In this document: one piece after another, positions 1 through 13,300 of the stretch | Layout: every line of letters begins with the position of its first letter | How positions within the stretch are numbered: the first letter of the stretch is position 1 | Notes under the pieces: generated by a model | The model's input: the letters and a program-made list of their open reading frames with translations, nothing else | The model's database searches: none | What the model was told of the DNA's origin: nothing | Translations under genes and position numbers: made by a program | Assembly (NCBI GenBank): GCA_951406725.2 | Contig: OX597820.1 | Location: forward strand, 66,030,001 to 66,094,000 | Origin: Octopus vulgaris | Lineage: Eukaryota | Direction of reading: 5' to 3' | DNA length: 64,000 nt

Positions 1-21
1 TATTATTATTATTACTATTAC

Positions 22-57
<36 letters not shown>

Positions 58-92
58 CATTATTATTATTATCATTATTATTATTATCATCA

Positions 93-125
<33 letters not shown>
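1..125. repeat. (ATT/ATC/ACT)n microsatellite
   Basis: Direct trinucleotide run. Confidence 0.95.
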
Positions 126-126
<1 letters not shown>

Positions 127-1088
127 CTTGTATCAGGAGGACTACATCGCTATAATTTATTTTTTGTTTTTTCCTTCGTATACTCTGCATATTCCGCTTC
201 CTTTTCATTGTATACTCTGTATAATCCTTTTTTGTTATTTATTTATTATCATTTTATCATTTCATAATATATAAAACCCCACACTTTATGTCTGTCTTTG
301 CATTGTCCTTCGCTCTTAAATAAGAGAAATCATTGTTGTTGTTGTTCTTGTTGTGCTCCATTCAATTATAACATTTTATTGAGTTATTGTATTGTATGTT
401 TAACTTTGTTTTATTTTATTACATTTTTTTCTTTTGCAGAACAAATTCAGAGTGAAACACACACACGCACAAACACACACACATACACACACATACATGT
501 TTGTAAGCATGCATGTATACATACAGATATATAAATGCATACATATAATGTACATAGGTAGATATATATATCTATATATGTATATACTTATATATTCATA
601 TACATGTATACATGTATATATGTATATACTTATACAAATAATTCAGCATTAAATTGTACGACAAATAATCAGTGTTCAGGAGCGTGTTTCCATTCTTGTT
701 TTTTAATAATGTCCTTTGATATGAATCCTCTGTTTGAATATAACGCAGCACAAATGTAAAAACAAAACAAAACAAGACAAAACATGCGAGATTGTTTATA
801 TTTAGTTGCATCTCACGTACGTTTCGTTAACTTAAGGTGATTGTTAGTTACATAATGTAAATGATATAAGTAACACTTATTTTCAAGTCACCAGAGACGT
901 GTAACTTCGATAATATTGCTGGACTAACACGATGCTGACAGAATTCGCTATTGTGGAGATGGCACGTGTCTTTACTTAATTAACTTGGGAATTATTTTAA
1001 ATTTGGCAACACAGGAAGAAAATTTACATACAACACGGGTGGGAGTGCATGCAGGAGATAAAATCTTGTTAGAGAGACTGGATTCCAC

Positions 1089-1248
1089 TCAGTTTCTATC
1101 TACTAAATTCACTCACAAGGCATTGGCTGGCTCGAGCATATACTAGAATGTAGAAGACACCTGATGAAGGTGCCACGCAGTGGAACTTAACCCGAAAACA
1201 CATGGTTTCAAAGCGATCTTCTTAACCACGCAGATATGCCTTCCCCTA
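1089..1248 (-). mobile_element. SINE family A, decayed 5' head fragment
   Basis: Matches reverse complement of the family A head (cactcacaaggcattgg...aaggtgccacgcagtgg...cccgaaaacacatgg). Confidence 0.75.
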
Positions 1249-2825
1249 TTTTATACAATTGTCACGCAACAAATACCTCAGCGACACGTTCAACGTAATT
1301 AACTGCCACCTAACGCTAAAACATATACTACAACTTAATTTGAAAGAACAATTACTGCATAGCAAAATAACACAACTTCCGTCGCAGATATTCTATTACA
1401 AGACACACAGGCTTAACACAAATATAACACCAGAAACAACAAAACAAACAAAAATTCTCAATTTCTAGTTTATTCATAGCAAAATATATTAACTTTTCCT
1501 CTAAGCTCACAACGTAATATTTTTCTTTAAACTAATTTGGCCTTTAAAAATATATTTTACTAATAATATACGGGAACATCAAAAATAAATATTAATAAAA
1601 GAATAAACAGAACAAAGCACAATATATATAACATTAATAAAACAAGTCTACGTTTCCAAAAAAATTAATACCGCAACATACAATCGCAGAAATACGGATG
1701 TGCACTTTGATGATGTAGTAAACCTCGAATGGAACGAATGCATACATGATTGTAGTAATAGTAATGATATTAAAGAACAGCAACGGTTTCAAGTACAACG
1801 TCATCAAATACATCAACAATAACTCCGGCGACAGCGACATCAATAACAACAATAACCAGAGCAAAAATAACAACGTTATTCCAACGGTATAAGCAATCGC
1901 AAGAGCAGACGACATCAATTGATTGTTCAAACAAGGGCAACGGCTCTTTGGTGTCTGTTAAATAATATTAAAAGTATTGAGCTACAAATGGATATTAGAT
2001 ATACCTTAGTTATTCTTCCCTCTGACACACTCTCTCTCTCTCTCTCTCTCTGGTTGTCTCTCTCTTTCTTTCACTCGTACACATATTTGCTAAGACGAGT
2101 TTTTATATGTGTGTGTGTATGTGTACATATATACATGCATGTATATAGACTCATAGGTTGATAGATAGGTAGATACATACATAAATATGTTTGTTGTATG
2201 CATACATATATGTATGTATATATACACACGCGCACACAAACTGACACACATACACACTCTCGCTTCTCTCTCTCTCTCTCTCTTACATACACATGTATAC
2301 ATACCCATGTATATATACACACACACAAACACACACACATAGGTATCTTTTACTTGTTTCATTCATTAGACTGCGGCCATGCTGGGGTGTACATACACAC
2401 ACACATACAAACGTAATATTGGTGTGGGGTTAATATGTAAGTATCTCTGTGTGTAGGAGGTCTATGTGTGAGTATCTGTATGTGTGTGAGAGAAATAGAG
2501 AGAGAGAGAGACAGGGACAGAGAGAGACAGAGACAGAGAGAGACAGACTGAGAGAGACAGACGGAGAGAGGCAGACAGACAGAAAGTGAGAGAGAGTCCG
2601 TCAGCCTCTCTGTAATGAATGATATTAGATGTAAATTACAAAAGAGAGACATGCGTACTGGCGATATTCCAGTGCTGTAACTATTACGTATCGAGTAGTC
2701 GCCTTTTTGACTACACTTCGGAATCGCTTACTATTCACCGTTTCTCATATTATCTACGTAATTCTATTATGCTTACTAATTTCAAATTGTGTTACTCTTC
2801 TGTTCGCAGTTTTATTTGTCAGTTA

Positions 2826-3640
2826 CAAGGTGCATTCCAGAAGTTTTGAGACTCTTTCAGGAGGCATTAATTTGAAAGAAGCACAAATTCTATTTTCCTT
2901 AAAAGTAAGATCCTCTGATCTCCATGCTCTTGTAGTACTGCGGCCTCTTTGTAAGAGCCCCATGGAAGTCCTCCAAATTAAAAGGGTCCAGAGCTTTTGT
3001 CACAGCCTCATTTATCTTCTCATTGTCTTTAAAATAACTGCTTCTAAGCTTCTCTTTCAGCTTGGGATACAGCTAAAAATCACAGGGAGGAAGGTCTGAA
3101 TTGTATGAAGCATGAAGGACAGTCTTGTTGCCCATCTCTATCAAGTAGTTTGTTACCAGGATGGAACTGTAATAGACTGCTGGATTGTTCCGATGCAGTT
3201 GTCATCGACCTAGGTAGAAGATATCTGGACTCTTGCGACGAAATTTCTTGATGAACTCCCTCAAAACCTCCACGAAATACTCTTTGTTGACGGGCTAATG
3301 TGAGGGAACCCAGTGTATGTACATGTTGGACATGATGCAGATACAGTCGAAAAAGGGATTTATCCTGAACTTCCCAGTGGATTATTTTGCTTGGCCTTCT
3401 TGGGTCTGGAAGAGCCAGGACTCTTCCATTGCGTAGTCTGTCTCTTAGTCTCTGGCACATAAAAAGTAGCTTCAGCTTTCGTCGTAGATCACCAGAGATT
3501 CAAGTACTTTGGGAACGGAGAAAATGAGCTCCATCTCCCAGCTGTCACCAACGTGTTTTCCTTCTATGCGCATTACTGACCACCACATTGGGAACAATCT
3601 TTGCACAAATTTTTCGCATCTTCAGATCTTCGTGAATAAT
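2826..3640 (-). mobile_element. mariner (Tc1/mariner) transposase remnant with one terminal inverted repeat
   Basis: Minus-strand pieces EATFYVPETKRQTTQWKSPGSSRPKKAK and CDF*LYPKLKEKLR...EAVTKALDPFNLEDFHGA...GSYF; TA-caaggtgcattccagaagttttgag TIR-like end at ~2825; stops and frameshifts. Confidence 0.85.
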
Positions 3641-3642
3641 TC

Positions 3643-3854
3643 TTTTCTTTTATTCTTTTATTGGTTTCAGTCATTTGACTGCGGTCATGCTGGAGCACCG
3701 CTTTGAAATTTTAATCGAACAAATCGACTCTATGACTTATTTTTCAGGCTTAGTACTTATTCTATCGCTCTTTTTTGCTAGATGGAGGGGACGTAAACAC
3801 ACCAGCATCGGTTGCCAAGCGATGTTGGGGGGGGGGACAAACACAGACGCACAA

Positions 3855-3919
<65 letters not shown>

Positions 3920-4086
3920 TACGTATACATATATACGACAGGCTTCTTTCAGTTTCCGTCTGCCAAATCCACTCACTAGGCTTTGGTCGGCCCGAGGCCA
4001 TAGTAGAAGACACTTGCCCAAGGTGCCACGCAGTGGGACTGAACCCGGAACCATGTGGTTGGTAAGCAAGCTTCTTACCACACAGA
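3643..4086 (-). mobile_element. SINE family A, near full length
   Basis: Head and tail match 46688-47091; ~90-bp internal (CA)/(TA) tract. Confidence 0.9.
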
Positions 4087-4325
4087 CACATACATATACA
4101 TATATATATATATATATAGAGATAGTGGTGTCATTGTGACCCAAAGGTGTCAGGTAATGCTGAATAAGTGCTATAAACAGACCATAGTTAAGTTCCAGAT
4201 TCGGTAATATTGCGAATAAAGGGTTCAACGTTGGTTCTATGTCAGCGTGTGTATATAAGAATTTTTTGCGGAATAAGATTAAAAAACCAAGGCTGTATAG
4301 ATATTAGAACATTTATAGATAGAAG

Positions 4326-4377
4326 GTCTTACAGCTGTTTCTATGATATTAATTAATAATTTCCCTTCATCGGAGAC
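4326..4377 (-). ncRNA. type I hammerhead-like motif (CCGATGA core, weak helix II)
   Basis: Reverse complement gtct-CCGATGA-[25 nt]-GAAAC-AGCT-GTA-agac; 4-bp helix I; (TA)n ~210 nt downstream. Confidence 0.6.
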
Positions 4378-5221
4378 GGTGTGAGAGGAAACTTAAGTCA
4401 TAGTTTAGATGTGATACAAAATAGACAGTGAGGTGGAGGAAAGAAAATAGATGTAAGATATGTATGGGTATTGAAGTTGTAAATCCGTTTTATAGGCATA
4501 ATGGTATATATGCAATATTCCAAAATCCTTTGAGTAAAATCCAAAAGTCCAACAGAGTTTAATATGAGTCCTTCCAAATATAGAGTTTATAAGCAATGTA
4601 AGATTCCCTTATGAGTGAGATCCAGTAGATTTTTAAACTTGGTCGTTCCCAGTAGGGAATATATATACAGTATTGCAGAGTCAAAGGTTTGTATTTTAAA
4701 ATGACCTAGAAATAGGGAGTGTATTATAATGGTTAATTTGAAAACAGGAAGAGAGGAATGAAATAAAGAGAAAAAGGGAAGAGAAAAAGAGGAGAGAAAG
4801 AAAAAATGAAAGAGAAAGGAGAGAGAAGATTAGTTAAAATAACAAAATCATATAAAAATTTTAAAAAAAAGAATAAAACCCTGAAGATAGAAAGGAAGGG
4901 AATAAAGAAAAAAGAAAAAAGAAAAATTAAGATATAGATCAGTCAGTGGTCAGTGGTGATAATTTGAAAGTAGGAGTGGGGATAGAGAGAGAGAAAGGTA
5001 TTATAGTGTAAAAGATAGAGGAATGGGGGGGGGGGGGGTTAAGAGGTAAATGAATTACCAATGTGTAGTAGTAGAGTCTAATTGTGGAGCAAAGATATGA
5101 AGAATTAAGGAAATAGCAGTTCAGTGCTTAGTAATCTGAGAAATACATATGTGAAGATATATATACATGTATATAGATCTCACCAGCTGGTACTATCTAT
5201 CAAAAGATTGATTTATATATC

Positions 5222-5424
5222 TGTTGTAGGGAATTAGTAATAATGGTACACCCCTCCCACGTCACGAATGGAATAACTTAGTTACTATAAGTAAAGAGAG
5301 GTACGTGAAGTACCAGAGTACATAGTAGGGTGGTCAGAGATAGTCGTGTCTTTACTGGTCTTACTAAGTATATTGTATACCGAAGTGGGGCTTATAACAA
5401 TCCAAAATTTTAAGGATTATAACA
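5222..5424 (+). mobile_element. 5' LTR of Ty3/Gypsy remnant, followed by primer-binding site
   Basis: tgttgta...tataaca ends (TG...CA); tggcgacg PBS-like motif at 5426-5433. Confidence 0.7.
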
Positions 5425-6787
5425 ATGGCGACGGGGATTTAAACAACTCACGAGAAGTTAACAAACTCGCAAAAGTTTTTGTTGTGCGAATTTTACGAAA
5501 AAAATCGTAAAGTTACGGAAAATTTGTTGCAAAAAAAATTGCAAAAACAACAACAGCAACTGAAAGAACAACAGCAGCAGGAGATACACCTGCAAGACCA
5601 ACAACAGAAGCAACAGCAACAACAAATAATATTACAGCAACAAATGCTGCAATTATTGAAGTCGTCAGGAAAGTCGCTGGTAGAGTAAACAGGGAATGTG
5701 AGAATTTTAAACTGGACGAATTAATGCCAGATATGTTCAAATGCCTGATTTTTAAACAGGGATTTACTGCCGAAAAGAACGCAGAAGTTAGGACTAGAAT
5801 TCTCGCTAAGCTGGAACAAAACCAGTATGTAACCCTACGGCAAGTGTCAGAAGAATGTGAAAGGATAGTCAAATTAAGACACGGCAGAGAGGAAATTGAA
5901 CGTAAAGATTGTTTCCAAGTAAATCAAGTGCGAAATAGTCGGAATTAAAGTGTTTTCTAAAAAAAAAAAAAAAAACGCAACAAAAATCAGGAAATAAACC
6001 CATGTTTTGCATTTGGAGCTATACACCTGAGGAAAAGTTGTTCATTTAAAAAAAGAAAGAGTGATTTCGTTGTGGTGATGTAGGACGTAGAAAGACGCAC
6101 AGTAGAACGAAAATAACAAAAAGGCAGAACAAAGGAAGAAATTGATAATATAACGGTGATGAAATTCATTGTGAAAATCAGAAATACAAGTGTTAAAAAT
6201 TCAGTTGGACACTGGTAGTGATATCATCATTATAAACGAAAACAAAAATTGGAAATATGTCAGTAAGCCGAAATTAAATACATCGAAAAAGGAGCACACA
6301 GTACTACAGGAAAAAGATTGTTTTTCGGCGAATTCGTATATAAGGTAACATTTCGAGGTCAAACGAAAAAGCAAAGATATACGTATTAAAAGATTCACTT
6401 AATCTATTTGGCACAGAGTGGATAGAACTACTCAAGTTAAGGAATACGCTCATAAGTGTTTTGAGTGGAAATATAGTCAGTTCAGTCGAAGGTTCAAATG
6501 CGGTTGAGGGACTGAAGCAAAAAATTACAGTAAAACAGAGTAAACCAAAACGAAATGAAAAATTACCCACGATAAGCATTGTTCAAATGTAGATGTTCCG
6601 TGGTCGAGACTACACATCAATTTCGCTGGTCCTTTAAATGGTTCATACTACTTAGTGGTAGCTTATACTTTTCCGAAATGGCCTGCAATTTGCAAGTGTA
6701 AAAAAACCAACCTCCTCGACTGTAATAAATTTTTTTTACACAAATTGTTTGCAAGATTTAGCATCCCAGAAAAGATAGTTTTCAACC
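5425..6787 (+). mobile_element. Ty3/Gypsy internal remnant (gag, protease, integrase; no RT seen)
   Basis: Gag-like FKCLIFKQGFTAEKNAEVRTRILAKLEQ; decayed Zn knuckle PCFAFGAIHLRKSC; protease QLDTGSDIIIINE (~6202); integrase PWSRLHINFAGPLNGSYYLVV and LFARFSIPEKIV (~6595-6785). Confidence 0.85.
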
Positions 6788-7096
6788 TTATTAGGTTTTC
6801 ATCAGCGGTGTTTGTATCACTTAACCAAATAGGCAATTTCTTTCTGTACACAGTAAATCCAGTTGCTAATTTTGCGTATTTAACGTGGAAGATTAATGGG
6901 TGGGTGGGGTGGGTACTGATGACGGAACAAAGACTTCTGTAATATGTCACATACGCCCATTACCCATTTCGCATAACTGTTGATTATATCAAGCGTCTCG
7001 GATACGAAACGCCGTAACAAAGTCAGTGCTGGTTATAATCTCTGTAGCTAATTTGTAGACGTAATCTTAACAGCTTTATTTAATATAAGCCACATA

Positions 7097-7886
7097 GGCG
7101 GTGAGCTGGCAGAAACGTTAGCACGCCAGGCGAAATGCTTAGCAGTATTTCGTCTGTGTTACGTTGTGAGTTCAAATTCCGCCGAGGTCGACTTTACCTT
7201 TCATCCTTTCGGGGTCGATAAATTAAGTACCAGTTACGCACTGGGGTCGATGTAATCGACTTAATACCTATGTCTGTCCTTGTTTGTCCTCTCTGTGTTT
7301 AGCCCCTTGTGGGTAATAAAGAAATAGGTATTTCGTCTGCCGTTACGTTCTGAGTTCAAATTAGCCGAGGCTGACTTTGCCTTTCATCCTTTCGGGGTCG
7401 ATAAATTAAGTACCAGTTACGCACTGGGGTCGATGTAATCGATTTAATCCGTTTGTCTGTCCTTGTTTGTCTCCTCTGTGTTTAGCCCTTTGTGGGTAGT
7501 AAAGAAATAGGTATTTCGTCTGCCGCTATGTCCTGAGTTCAAATTCCGCCGAATCGATTTTGCCTTTCATCATTTCGGGGTCGATAAAAATTAAGTACCT
7601 GTTACGCACTGGAGTCGATGTAATCGACTTAATCCCTTTGTCTGTCCTTGTTTGTCCCCTCTATGTTTAGCCCCTTGTGGGCAATAGAGAAATAAGAAAC
7701 GTTAGCTTGCCGGGCGAAATACTAAGCGGTATTTCGTCTGTCTTTACGTTCTGAGTTCAAATTCCGCCGAGGTCGACTTTGCCTTTCGGAGTCGATAAAT
7801 TAAATACCAGTTGCGTACTGGGGTTGATCTAATCGACTGGCTCCCTCCTCCAAAATTTCGGGCCTTGTGCCTAGAGTAGAAAAGAA
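7097..7886 (+). mobile_element. SINE family B, four stacked units
   Basis: A-box-like TGGCAGAAACG and B-box-like GAGTTCAAATTCC; cctttcatcctttcggggtcgataaattaagtacc (Meta-domain-like); junctions at ~7327, 7510, 7695. Confidence 0.9.
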
Positions 7887-7971
7887 AAGTATATAATCGA
7901 ACTGCCAACAGGAATCTCAGTCCACACTGTATCTAAGTGTGATATATATATATATAATCAATGCAATGCAA

Positions 7972-8209
7972 CAGTCTGTCGACGATCACGGGTGTTACGT
8001 TCCAAAAACCCGCAATAGGTGAAAATCCGCGAAGTAGAAACAGTACTGTACTGTATTTTTTTAAATTTTTATATGTATATATTTATTTTATTATAAATGC
8101 AAAACAGCACCACGGAGGAATCGACGTAAGCTTAAATAATAAACCGCGATAGGTGAATCGCGATATGTGGACCGCGATAGGTGAACCGCGATATAGCGAG
8201 GGATTACTG
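7972..8209. mobile_element. pogo/Tigger-like MITE, decayed
   Basis: Right end cgcgatatagcgagggattactg (CAGT-type TIR), decayed left end cagt..cgacgatcacgg, repeated ccgcgataggtgaa subterminal motifs. Confidence 0.55.
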
Positions 8210-8415
8210 AAGATATATAAACAAGGCAAATTTAACCATTTTCCTGTATGATTGAAAAAATATCGCTCAACTTTAATCGATAATCGAACCTTATTGAGGT
8301 GTTGTCAGATACTCAACTACTTGCTTATTTGTAAGAGTTTTGCTGATTCATGTTCATTCTTGAAATCAGTGGCCAGTTCAGGAGAATGTCTTTTATCGTT
8401 TCTGTTCTATTTGTT

Positions 8416-8861
8416 TTTTTACTTGCTTTAGTCATTAGACTGCGGCCATGCTGGAGCATCGCCTTGAAAGTTTGAGTCAAACAAATAGACTCCAGCACTA
8501 ACTTTTCTTTTTCTTTTTTTTTCTTTTTTGTGAAGTTTGGTGCTTATTCTATCGGAATCTTTATGCTAAACTGCTAGGTAACGGGGACATAAGCAAACCA
8601 GTACCGGTTGTCAAGCAGTGGCAGTGGTGGGGGACAAAACACACACATTGGTATGCAGGCACACATAGACACACATGCATACACACACACATATATACGA
8701 TGGGCTTCTTTCAGTTTTTGTCTATCAAATCCATATACAAAGCTTTTGGTGACTCGGGGCTATAGTAGAGGACATTTCCTTAAGGTGCCACGCAGTGAAA
8801 CTGAACCCGGAACCATGTAATTGAGAAGCAAGCTTCGTACTTCACAACTATGTCCACGCCT
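8416..8861 (-). mobile_element. SINE family A, diverged
   Basis: Tail tgcggccatgctggagcatcgcc and head aaggtgccacgcagtgaaactgaacccggaaccatg. Confidence 0.85.
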
Positions 8862-8968
8862 GAGTGTGAGTGTGTGCATGTGTATATGTGTGTGCGTGTA
8901 TATATATATATGTGTGTGTACGTGTGTATTTATACATACATATTTACATATGTGTGTGTGTGTGCGTG

Positions 8969-9011
<43 letters not shown>

Positions 9012-9953
9012 CTGCGTGTGTATATATATGTGTGTGTATGTGTGATATGCATATGTATTTATACATACATACATATTTACTTGTGCGTGTGTTTATACAT
9101 ACCTACATATCTACATATGTGAGTGTATATATATATATATGCGTGCGTATATTTATATATATGGGTGTGTTTATGTATGTGTGTGTGTGCGTGTGATGTA
9201 TGTATTTATACATATGTACATATTTACATGTATGTGTCTATATATATGTATATATATATGCGTGTGCGTAAATATATATACGTGTGTGTATGTGTGTGTG
9301 TGTGTGGTGTGTGTATGTATTTATACATATTTACATGTGTGTGTGTGTATATTTGTACATACATATTTACGCGCGCGCGTGTGTGCTTGCACGCTTGGAA
9401 AATTACACGAACGACTTCTAGAAGAAAAGTGTACAAGACGTTAGACGTTTGGCATTGATTAAGTTCAAATCTTGCATTGTGCCTGTACACCTGGATGAAC
9501 CCAATACATGGTGATGCCGACGTTGTGTTAACTGCTCTTCTTTTATAATGAATCGATATAGGAAAATATCACAATATCGTACGTAATATTGAAGCTAGGG
9601 AAAGGGTTCATGGAAAATATACAACGAGGAAAGGTTTACGTGCAAATGAATATTTCTTCTGGGAAAACCAAATTGTTTGTCGATGTAACTACACGCAAAC
9701 ACTCGCGCGCATGAACAGACAAACACATATATATACTTACACACACATACAGTTATACTCGTATATGTACAAGAATATTCACACACGCACATATACACAC
9801 ATATATATGTATATATATACATACACACACACGTAAATATATGTATACACATACACACACACACACACATATATATATATATGTACACATCATATATGTA
9901 TATATATGTATATAGTAATTATATCTATGTAGTAAATATAAGCGCGCGCTCAT

Positions 9954-10015
<62 letters not shown>

Positions 10016-10027
10016 GCATATACGTAT

Positions 10028-10063
<36 letters not shown>

Positions 10064-10193
10064 ATATATATACATATACATATACGAATATGGATATCGA
10101 TATATGTGTGTGTATATATATATATACACACACACATATTGATATCCATATACGTATATGTATATATGTTTATATATATTAACATATATGTAC

Positions 10194-10238
<45 letters not shown>

Positions 10239-10310
10239 TATATGAAAATACATGTATATGAGATATATATATTTACTTATGAACATATATCCATATATGT
10301 GTGTGTGTGT
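8862..10310. repeat. compound (TG)/(TA)/(CA)/(CATA) microsatellite fields
   Basis: Two long simple-repeat fields (8862-9380, 9720-10310). Confidence 0.9.
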
Positions 10311-11109
10311 GGGGGGGTAGATTGAGGTATGTACGTGTGTTTTCATGTATGTATTTCTGAGTATCTCTTTGCGCATGTAGTTGTTTTCTGTGTGTATGTG
10401 TGCGTGTTTGCGTGCGTGCGCGCGCCTTTCAAAAGATGTCTCAGATAGAATCTGAAAATTTGTTTTCATTCCTTTTGTCACTTGGGTGATAGCAACAAAG
10501 GCGTCAGTAGTGTGCTGATGTGATGTTATGTTGTTAATGTTGCCTTCAACACCCCTACTTTCTTCTCACCATCATTGTCAGCTAATCCTATTGTTTTCAT
10601 TTCCTGTGTTTTCTAATATGCACACGTGTGTATGTGTTTTTTGGGGGTTTTTTTCATCTCCTATTGGGTCGTGGTGCTAAATTTTATTGTGGTTGTAGTT
10701 GTTGTTGCTCTTTTGTAGCTTTGTTTTTGTTTTTTTTTGTAGTGTTTAACGACAGACATTCTGTTGAAACGCGCACAAACAAAAAATGCTTACAGTTATG
10801 CGTTGCGTTGAATATTTGAAGATCGTTTTGGGGCCCTGTTCTTGTTTCGTTTCTAAAATACTATATAACAGCACATTTGTGCTTTTAACATTCTACGTTA
10901 TATTAAAGTTCTTTAAAAAGTCACACAAAGCTAGCTCTTGTTTAGTCCCAAGCGAGCTCCGAATCAGTAAGCATATATGATCAAACACATTCCTGTTATG
11001 TCCAAGTTACTCTTATCTGGCACGGCAACTCAAAATGGCTGCCAGATAAACGCGTTCAGTATTTTTTATATTTTTTGTTCCCTATTCATTTTATGTTTAT
11101 TTTCCATAC

Positions 11110-11514
11110 TCTTTTACTCTTTTACTTGTTTCAGTCATTTGACTGCAGCCATGCTGGAGCACCGCCTTTAGTCGAGCAAATCGACCCCGGGACTTATTCT
11201 TTTGTAAGCCCAGTACTTATTCTATCGGTCTCTTTTTGCCGAACCGCTAAGTGACGGGGACGTAAACACACCAGCATCGGTTGTCAAGCAATGCTACGGG
11301 GACAAACACACTCACACAAACACACACACGCATATATATATACATATATACGACAGGCTTCTTTCAGTTTCCGTCTACCAATTCCACTCACAAGGCATTG
11401 GTCGGCCCGGGGCTATAGCAGAAGACACTTGCCCAAGATGTCACGCAGTGGGACTGAAGCCAGAACCATGTGGTTGGCAGGCAAGCTACTTACCACACAG
11501 CCACTCCTGCGCCT
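11110..11514 (-). mobile_element. SINE family A, full length, young
   Basis: Near-identical to 46688-47091; (gtaaaaga)n tail. Confidence 0.95.
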
Positions 11515-11519
11515 ATACG

Positions 11520-12412
11520 TTCTTGCCAACGTTCCACTATCTTGTCAGTGCCTGAACGATAGAAATTACCGAGCCTTGACTTAAAGGATTCGCCGAGTCA
11601 CGTTTTCAGCTCCGTGTCGTTATTGAGCGAAACACCTATCAGACTTTTGGAGAGTGACCAAAAAAATGAAGTGATAATTTGAAGGTGCTATATCTGGAGA
11701 AAACGTGTGGTGTGGTAGAACTTCCCAACATAGCACTTCAATAGAATTTTTGGTGAAATTAACGACGGGGAGGTGGGTGATGTCGTGTTGAAGAAGCACG
11801 CCGTGTCGCCGATTGAGCATCTGGAGCTTTTGCACCGGAAATTTAGACCTTAGCCATTGAGTAAAGCAACGGTATTTATTATGAGAGAAAGGCGGCGAGC
11901 TGGCAGAAACGTTAGCTCACCGGGCGAAACGCTTAGCGGTATTTCGTCTGCGTTACGTTGTGAGTTCAAATTCCGCCGAGGTCGACTTTGCCTTTCATCC
12001 TTTCGGGGTCGTTAAATTAAGTACCAGTTACGCACTGGGGTCGATATAATCGACTTAATACCAATGTCTGTCCTTGTTTGTCCCCTCTGTGTTTAGCCCC
12101 TTGTGGGTAATAAAGAAATAGGTATTTATTATGAGAGAGTCTCATCTGCTGGTTCAGTTTCCTAAAGGATTGACACGGATACTCGTGAATTACGTTTTTC
12201 AGTTGATCCCCATTCAGCAGAACAGGTCGGCCGGAACATTAAGTCCCTAATGTCGAATTTCCCCATACCCCATCCCATTCATGCGTGAAAACCATTTCTG
12301 TGTAGTTTTTCATTCATTTTCTTTTTCTTTTTTTCTTTGTCGGTATTAACAACTTCTCCGTACACAACACAAAAGTCTTGAGCTGTTTTGGCAGCATTGG
12401 AACATTGACTAC
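11520..12412 (-). mobile_element. mariner transposase remnant interrupted by SINE B
   Basis: N-terminal CSNAAKTAQDFCVVYGE and GKFDIRD..SGRPVLLNGDQLK; C-terminal GVLLQHD...WEVLPHHTFSPDIAPSNYHF. Confidence 0.85.
11891..12120 (+). mobile_element. SINE family B, full length, 18-bp target-site duplication
   Basis: TSD ggtatttattatgagaga at 11871-11888 and 12121-12138. Confidence 0.95.
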
Positions 12413-12548
12413 AGCGAAGGAGGAGGGTTACAAGGAAGAGAAGGAGAAAAAAAGAAGGAAAAGAAGGAAAAGGACGGAAGGTAGAGGAGGAGGATGGGAA
12501 GGAGGAAGAGAAGAAAGACCAAATCTGAGTCAAGTCGAATAATAATAA

Positions 12549-12761
12549 TCCTTTCTACTGGAAGCACAAGGCCTCAACTTTTGGGGAGGAATTAAGTCGA
12601 TTGCATCGACTCCAGTGCGTAACTGGTACTTATTTAATCGACCCCGAAAAGATTGAAACGCAAAGTCGATCTCAGCGGAATTTGAAATCAGAAAATAAAG
12701 ACAGGCGAAATACCGCTAAGCATTTCGCCCGGCGTGCTGACGCTTCTGCCAGCCCGTCGCC
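12549..12761 (-). mobile_element. SINE family B (short-tail variant)
   Basis: Reverse complement matches family B head and ggccttgtgc tail. Confidence 0.85.
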
Positions 12762-12810
<49 letters not shown>

Positions 12811-12823
12811 TGATAATAATAAA

Positions 12824-12947
12824 ACGCGAATACAAACGACGCCATGTCAATGTGGCAAGAATGATCCATTGGGAGCTCTGTGGAAATCACGGCCTACAAA
12901 GAGCGAAGACGTGGTATGAGCAAACCCCAGAAGGAGTCACCGAAAAT
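12824..12947 (+). mobile_element. R4/Dong-type (restriction-like endonuclease) LINE fragment next to (AAT)n
   Basis: REYKRRHVNVARMIHWELCGNHGLQRAKTWYEQTPEGVTEN resembles the Y..RHD.V...IHW motif; abuts (AAT)n 12763-12822. Confidence 0.75.
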
Positions 12948-13242
12948 GTAAGCCTAGGATATATTCTATTGGTCTTTTTGGCTGAACCACTAAGTTACGG
13001 AGCCATAAATACAGCAACATCAGTTGTCAGGCGATGGTGGAAGGACAAACACAGACACACAAACATACATGTATATATATGACGGGCTTCCTCCAGTTTC
13101 CATGTACCGTATCCACTCACAAGACTTTGGTCGGCTTGGGGCTATAGCAGAAGAGACCTGCCCAAGGTGCCATGCATAGGACTGAACCCGAAACCATGTG
13201 GTTGGTAAGCAAGCTACTTACCACACAGCCACTCCTGCGCCT
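12947..13242 (-). mobile_element. SINE family A, 3'-truncated
   Basis: Head ends ccacacagccactcctgcgcct. Confidence 0.85.
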
Positions 13243-13264
13243 ATGTATGGATGTATGTACGTAT

Positions 13265-13299
<35 letters not shown>

Positions 13300-13300
13300 C

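Noticed and set aside
1161-1200. CTGATGA...GAAA as a hammerhead
   Set aside because: Lies inside a mutated SINE A head (consensus cttgcccaagg); no supporting helices.
6975-7020. tgt-TGATTA-tatc...gatac-GAAAC-GCC-GTA-aca as a hammerhead
   Set aside because: Needs at least two core changes and helix III is not palindromic; too weak to call.
7097-7886. CRISPR-like array
   Set aside because: Repeats are ~185-bp SINE units without unique spacers; eukaryotic context, no cas genes.
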